This document shows positions 60,037-64,000 of a DNA stretch of 64,000 nt, in pieces. Positions within the stretch are counted from its first letter, which is position 1. Each line of letters opens with the position of its first letter. Position numbers and translations under genes: made by a program. Origin of the DNA: an uncultured Alphaproteobacteria bacterium (GTDB lineage Bacteria > Pseudomonadota > Alphaproteobacteria > ATCC43930 > CGMCC-115725); the NCBI GenBank assembly GCA_963740675.1, contig CAVUFS010000009.1, positions 43,380 to 107,379 of the forward strand, given 5' to 3'. The notes beneath the pieces are model-generated. The model searched no databases. It was given only the letters and a program-made list of their open reading frames with translations, and was not told the origin of the DNA.

Positions 60037-60880
60037 TCAGTTGTTTACACCCTCTTTGGCCGCTCGCCACGCGCTCAGGAAACGCTGGGTTGCGCAAAGC
60101 GCATTGCGGGCGCGTTCAGCGGGTGACAGCCCTCGATCTGCAACTACTGGCGTCTCCACATCGATAGCAATGCCCTGAGGAAGTGAATTCATCAGGGCAA
60201 TAAGTGGCAAGGCACCCTCTCCGGGATAGAGTTCTGGCGCTGAGGGATTCCTGCCGCAAGGTGAGGCCTGGCGGAAGCTCGGCCGGCGCATCGCAAAGCT
60301 GGAGATAGGCAATGTGTTCGCGCGGCAGTGCAGCTACCTCTGCTGGTGTCCCACCGGCACGGGCGAGATGCAGGGCGTCGATCAGCAATCCCAGGTTGGG
60401 CGCATGGCAGGTCGAGACCATGCGATGGGCCTTGGCCAAGGAACTGACGGCCGTGTAGGGCATCAGTTCGAGGGCGAGGTGTAGGCGATGCGATCGAGCC
60501 GCCTCGGCCAAGCTCGCCAAATTGGCGGTCATCCGGCCCTCGTCCGGATCGTTGCCAACCGCCAGGAAGTAGGTCGCCCCCAACCGGGCGGCCACCTCCA
60601 GCGCCGGCAGGGCGGTGTCCAGGCTGAATTCAGGGACCAGCCAGACCCCGGTCGCGCCGAAAAGCGTCACCCCGGTATCGGCGAGCGCCGCCGCGATGGC
60701 CGCGATCATCGGCCGATTGCCGATCACCGGCGCCACCGGCGCCGCACCCGGCGCGCCCAGCACCCGCAGATCGGTCGAGGCAAAGCCGCCCTCATGCGCG
60801 GCTGCGATCAACGCCGGTGGGTCCAGCTCGTTGATCGTCACGGGTGCGAGCGAAAGCCGATTTATGCGATCATCCCTCAA
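60037..60880 (-). pseudogene. Xylose isomerase-like TIM-barrel (sugar phosphate isomerase/epimerase) gene with an apparent 1-nt frameshift
   Basis: The frame of 60116-60880 carries the N-terminal ~215 family-like residues. The family-typical C-terminus (…LYPGEGALPLIALMNSLPQGIAIDVE…) continues in the frame of 60037-60312. The switch lies near 60230-60240. Confidence 0.6.
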
Positions 60881-60926
60881 TCACGACGACACCGCTTTTC
60901 GGGCGGCGCGGGAGGGTGAGTCAATC

Positions 60927-62072
60927 ATGAAACGCAGCAGCGAACGCTTCCTCACCACCCATACCGGCAGCCTGCCGCGCCCGGCCGATCTGGTACGGAC
61001 GATGTTCGCCAAGGAAGAGGGCGTGCCGGTCGAAACCGGCGCGCTGCAGTTGCGCATTGCGGCCGCGGTCGAAGAGATCGTCGGCAAACAGGTCACCGCC
61101 GGTGTCGATGTCGTCAATGACGGCGAGATGAGCAAGCCGTCCTATGCTACTTATATCAAAGACCGGTTGGCCGGCTTCGGCGGCACCAGCAACAGTTTCG
61201 TCTATCAGGATCTGGTCGACTTTCCCGAGTTGGCGCGGCGCGTCTTCGGCGATCCGGGCCGCGCACGCCGCAAGACCCCGGCCTGCAACGGTCCGATCAC
61301 TGTCGCCGATCGCGGCGCGGTCGCGGCGGATATCGGCAACCTTAAAGACGCGTTGCAGAAAACCCCGGCGACAGAGGGATTTCTGAGCGCCGCTTCGCCC
61401 GGCCTCATCTCGCTGTTCTTCCGCAACGATCATTACCCCAGCACCGAAGCATATCTCGAAGCGATCGCCGAAGCGATGCGGCCCGAATACGAGGCGATCG
61501 TCGATGCCGGCATGATCCTGCAACTCGATTGCCCCGATCTTGCGATGGGCCGGCACATCCAGCATGCCGATCTCAGCCTCGAGGATTTCCGCAAAGCGGC
61601 GCGGCTTCACATCGAAGCGCTGAACCACGCGGTTTCGCGTATCCCGGCCGATCGCATGCGCATGCATTTATGCTGGGGCAATTACGAAGGTCCGCATCAT
61701 TGCGACGTGCCGATCGAGGCGATCATCGACGTCGTCTTTCTGGCGCGGCCGAACGGCATTTCCTTCGAAGCCGCCAATCCGCGCCATGCGCATGAGTGGC
61801 GGGTGTTCGAGCGTGTGAAGTTGCCCGAGGGCAAGCTGCTCATCCCGGGCGTCCTCGAATCCAAATCGAATTTCATCGAGCATCCCGAGCTGGTCGCGCA
61901 GCGCATCGCCAATTACGCGCGTCTGGTCGGTCGCGAGAACGTCATGGCCGGCACCGATTGCGGCTATGGCACCTGGGTCGGTCAGGCCGCGGTCGATCCC
62001 GATGTCGTTTGGGCGAAGCTTGCGTCCATGGCGGAAGGCGCGCGGCTCGCGAGCCGTGCGTTTTGGCGTTAA
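60927..62072 (+). CDS. Cobalamin-independent methionine synthase II (MetE-like) family protein
   Basis: FLTTHTGSLPRP N-terminus and about 381 aa. GGAGGGTGAG SD. The track start at 60615 is an extension. Confidence 0.75.
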   Translation: MKRSSERFLTTHTGSLPRPADLVRTMFAKEEGVPVETGALQLRIAAAVEEIVGKQVTAGVDVVNDGEMSKPSYATYIKDRLAGFGGTSNSFVYQDLVDFPELARRVFGDPGRARRKTPACNGPITVADRGAVAADIGNLKDALQKTPATEGFLSAASPGLISLFFRNDHYPSTEAYLEAIAEAMRPEYEAIVDAGMILQLDCPDLAMGRHIQHADLSLEDFRKAARLHIEALNHAVSRIPADRMRMHLCWGNYEGPHHCDVPIEAIIDVVFLARPNGISFEAANPRHAHEWRVFERVKLPEGKLLIPGVLESKSNFIEHPELVAQRIANYARLVGRENVMAGTDCGYGTWVGQAAVDPDVVWAKLASMAEGARLASRAFWR

Positions 62073-62196
62073 ATCGGCCCGTTTGCCGCGGTTTTATCTA
62101 CCTTTCGTCGAATCTTCGCCATTTCAATTAATGCGCCCTTAAGGATGGGCTGCCCATTATTTGCGCCAGGATCGGAGAAGATTGGGGCAGCAAAAA

Positions 62197-64000
62197 ATGG
62201 GGCCATTGGCGCGGTGCGCCCGATTTCTCGGCTCGCGTTCGGGGCAGGGGTTCATCCTCTATCTATGCTTTTGCCAGCTCCTTGCAGCAGGCGTTGGCTA
62301 TGGCTTCTACGCCTCGAATCTGAGCTGGTTCAAAGAGCATAAGAGCGAAGAGAAGATCACCGCGCTCCAGCTCGTTGACGCCTTCGTCGGCAGCTATACG
62401 GCGCTGCGCACGCAGCTTTCGGCGAGCAACGCACCTGTACCAGCGACGTTCCGTGCTGACTCGATCGCCGCGTTCAACAAGGCGCATGGCGACGACAGCA
62501 TCTTCGATCTGCACTGGGTCGGCTTTCCCGGGCGCGAAATCAAGACGGCGCCGCTCGATGCCGCCACGGCGGATACGATCCGCTCATTTGCGACGATAAG
62601 CGAGCCGAAGCCGGTATCGGAAGTCCGCTCGGTCAATGGCGAAACGGTCTTCCGCACCGTTTATCCTTCGCTCGCCAGCCAGCAGGGCTGCGTCGATTGC
62701 CACAACCAGCTTCAGGCCGGCAAGACGACCTGGCACCTCAATGATGTGATGGGTGCGTTCGTCATCGACGTGCCGATGAGCGCCTTCCTGCGCAGCAATC
62801 TCATCGAGGCGACCGGTCTCGGCGCCGCGATCTTCCTGATCATGGCGGCGGCCGGACTGATCTTTGCGCTTTATCATCATCGCAAGAGCGCCGAGACCGA
62901 AGCCGCTCAGCTCTCGCTTGCCGAGAGTGAGACCCGCTTTCGCGACTTCGCCGAGGCGACGTCGGATTGGTTCTGGGAGCAGGACGAATCCCTGCGCTTC
63001 GTACGCTTCTCGGGCGATGGCCGCTCGAGCGAGATCACCAGCAACGCCGATATCGGCAAGACGCGGCACGAGACGGTCAAAGTCGGCGTGACCTCCGAGC
63101 AATGGGCGCAGCATGACGCCGATCTCGCAGCGCGCCGGCCGTTCCAGAATTTCCGTTTCCAGCGCACGCTGGCCAACGGCCAGATCATCCATGTCAGCAT
63201 CAGCGGCAAGCCAGTGTTCGACGCCAAGGGGCAGTTCCGCGGCTATCGCGGCTCGGGTCGCGACGTCACGAAAGAAGTTGCCGTCGAGCTCGAGCTGGCG
63301 CGCCGCGTCGATGAGCGCACCGCGGAGCTCAGAGCCGCGCAGAGCGAGCTGGTCCGCAAAGAGCGCCTCTCGGCACTCGGCCAGCTCACCGCGACCATGG
63401 CGCATGAGCTGCGCAATCCACTGAGCGCGATCCGCAACACGCTTTTTGCCGTCAAAGAAACCGCCGCAAACAAGGGCATCGATCTCGAGCGGCCGATCAC
63501 CCGCGTCGAGCGCAGCGTCGCGCGCTGCGACCGGATCATCAACGACCTGCTCGACTACACGCGCGTCAAAGAGTTGCATCTCGCCGAGCTCGCGCCCGAT
63601 CCGTGGATCGAGGAAGTGCTGAGCGAGCAGCGCTTGCCCGCCGGCATCGAGCTAGAGCGCCGTCTCGACGCCGATTGCATGATCGCGATCGATCCCGAGC
63701 GCGTGCGCCGCGTGCTGATCAATCTCATCGACAACGCCGCGCAGGCGATGCCGGAAGACGCGCGCGAGCGCAAGATCACCGTCACGACCGCGCTGCTCGA
63801 TGACGGTCACTGCGAATTCGCCGTTGCCGATACCGGCGCCGGCATTGCCGCGGACGTTTTGCCGAAAGTGTTCGAGCCGCTGTTCAGCACCAAGAGCTTC
63901 GGCACCGGCCTCGGTTTGCCGATGGTGAAGCAGATCGTCGAACAGCACGGCGGCACGATCACGATCACAAGCGAGATCGGTAAGGGTACGAGCGTCACTG
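62197..64000 (+). CDS. Sensor histidine kinase, 3'-truncated by the window: TM, periplasmic DUF3365-like domain with CxxCH, TM, PAS, HisKA, HATPase_c
   Basis: My own translation of a frame open from the ATG at 62197 to the window end. It is absent from the ORF track because it has no stop. Motifs: CVDCH at 62689-62703, H-box MAHELRNPL, N-box NLIDNAAQA, G-boxes DTGAGI and GTGLGL. Confidence 0.8.
   Translation, partial: MGPLARCARFLGSRSGQGFILYLCFCQLLAAGVGYGFYASNLSWFKEHKSEEKITALQLVDAFVGSYTALRTQLSASNAPVPATFRADSIAAFNKAHGDDSIFDLHWVGFPGREIKTAPLDAATADTIRSFATISEPKPVSEVRSVNGETVFRTVYPSLASQQGCVDCHNQLQAGKTTWHLNDVMGAFVIDVPMSAFLRSNLIEATGLGAAIFLIMAAAGLIFALYHHRKSAETEAAQLSLAESETRFRDFAEATSDWFWEQDESLRFVRFSGDGRSSEITSNADIGKTRHETVKVGVTSEQWAQHDADLAARRPFQNFRFQRTLANGQIIHVSISGKPVFDAKGQFRGYRGSGRDVTKEVAVELELARRVDERTAELRAAQSELVRKERLSALGQLTATMAHELRNPLSAIRNTLFAVKETAANKGIDLERPITRVERSVARCDRIINDLLDYTRVKELHLAELAPDPWIEEVLSEQRLPAGIELERRLDADCMIAIDPERVRRVLINLIDNAAQAMPEDARERKITVTTALLDDGHCEFAVADTGAGIAADVLPKVFEPLFSTKSFGTGLGLPMVKQIVEQHGGTITITSEIGKGTSVT

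Overview
High-GC (roughly 60-65% by eye) chromosomal window that looks alphaproteobacterial, Hyphomicrobiales/Rhizobiales-like. This rests on divergent tsaD/hemC, a hemC-hemD-mic60-hemY operon, a Cpa/Tad pilus locus and a Bradyrhizobiaceae-type palindromic REP. Content by position: (1) 0-14 kb: SthA-like flavoprotein, unknown gene + DyP peroxidase pair, LLM/F420-type and PNPOx-type oxidoreductases, amidohydrolases, and a patch of uncharacterised envelope proteins with a DUF2937-alkB pair. (2) 14-22 kb: RhlE-like DEAD-box helicase with a long low-complexity tail, secreted NHL propeller, and a MetE-like/UbiD/BKACE cluster. (3) 22-29 kb: TetR, then tsaD-gpsA-amidase-FAD monooxygenase-hmgA on the minus strand. 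(4) 29-33 kb: the translationally coupled hem/mic60 operon and tRNA-Thr(CGU). (5) 33-44 kb: orphan gmd, tiny membrane proteins and an eight-gene Tad/Cpa module (tadD-like, cpaB-F, tadB, tadC). I could find no Flp pilin or prepilin peptidase in it. (6) 44-64 kb: catabolic genes (KA-tailed amidohydrolase, TetR + acyl-CoA-DH-like monooxygenase, two M24 enzymes flanking a two-HKD PLD protein, LVIVD propeller, NitT/TauT-type ABC importer, AhpD-like protein). It also holds a short RpoD-like sigma factor, a frameshifted TIM-barrel gene, a second MetE-like gene and a heme-c (CxxCH) sensor histidine kinase that runs off the window and is absent from the ORF track. I saw no CRISPR, integrase, transposase, prophage or recognisable defence hallmarks. 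Many long track ORFs are antisense shadow ORFs typical of GC-rich DNA and are rejected. No clear-cut novel multi-gene system is visible. The most promising leads are the pilin-less tRNA-adjacent Tad module, the RpoD-like sigma factor with a perfect TTAA-N7-TTAA box, the heme-c kinase, the (KA)n-tailed amidohydrolase, and the MetE-like/UbiD/BKACE and unknown+DyP gene sets. All family assignments come from motif recognition by eye, not from searches.
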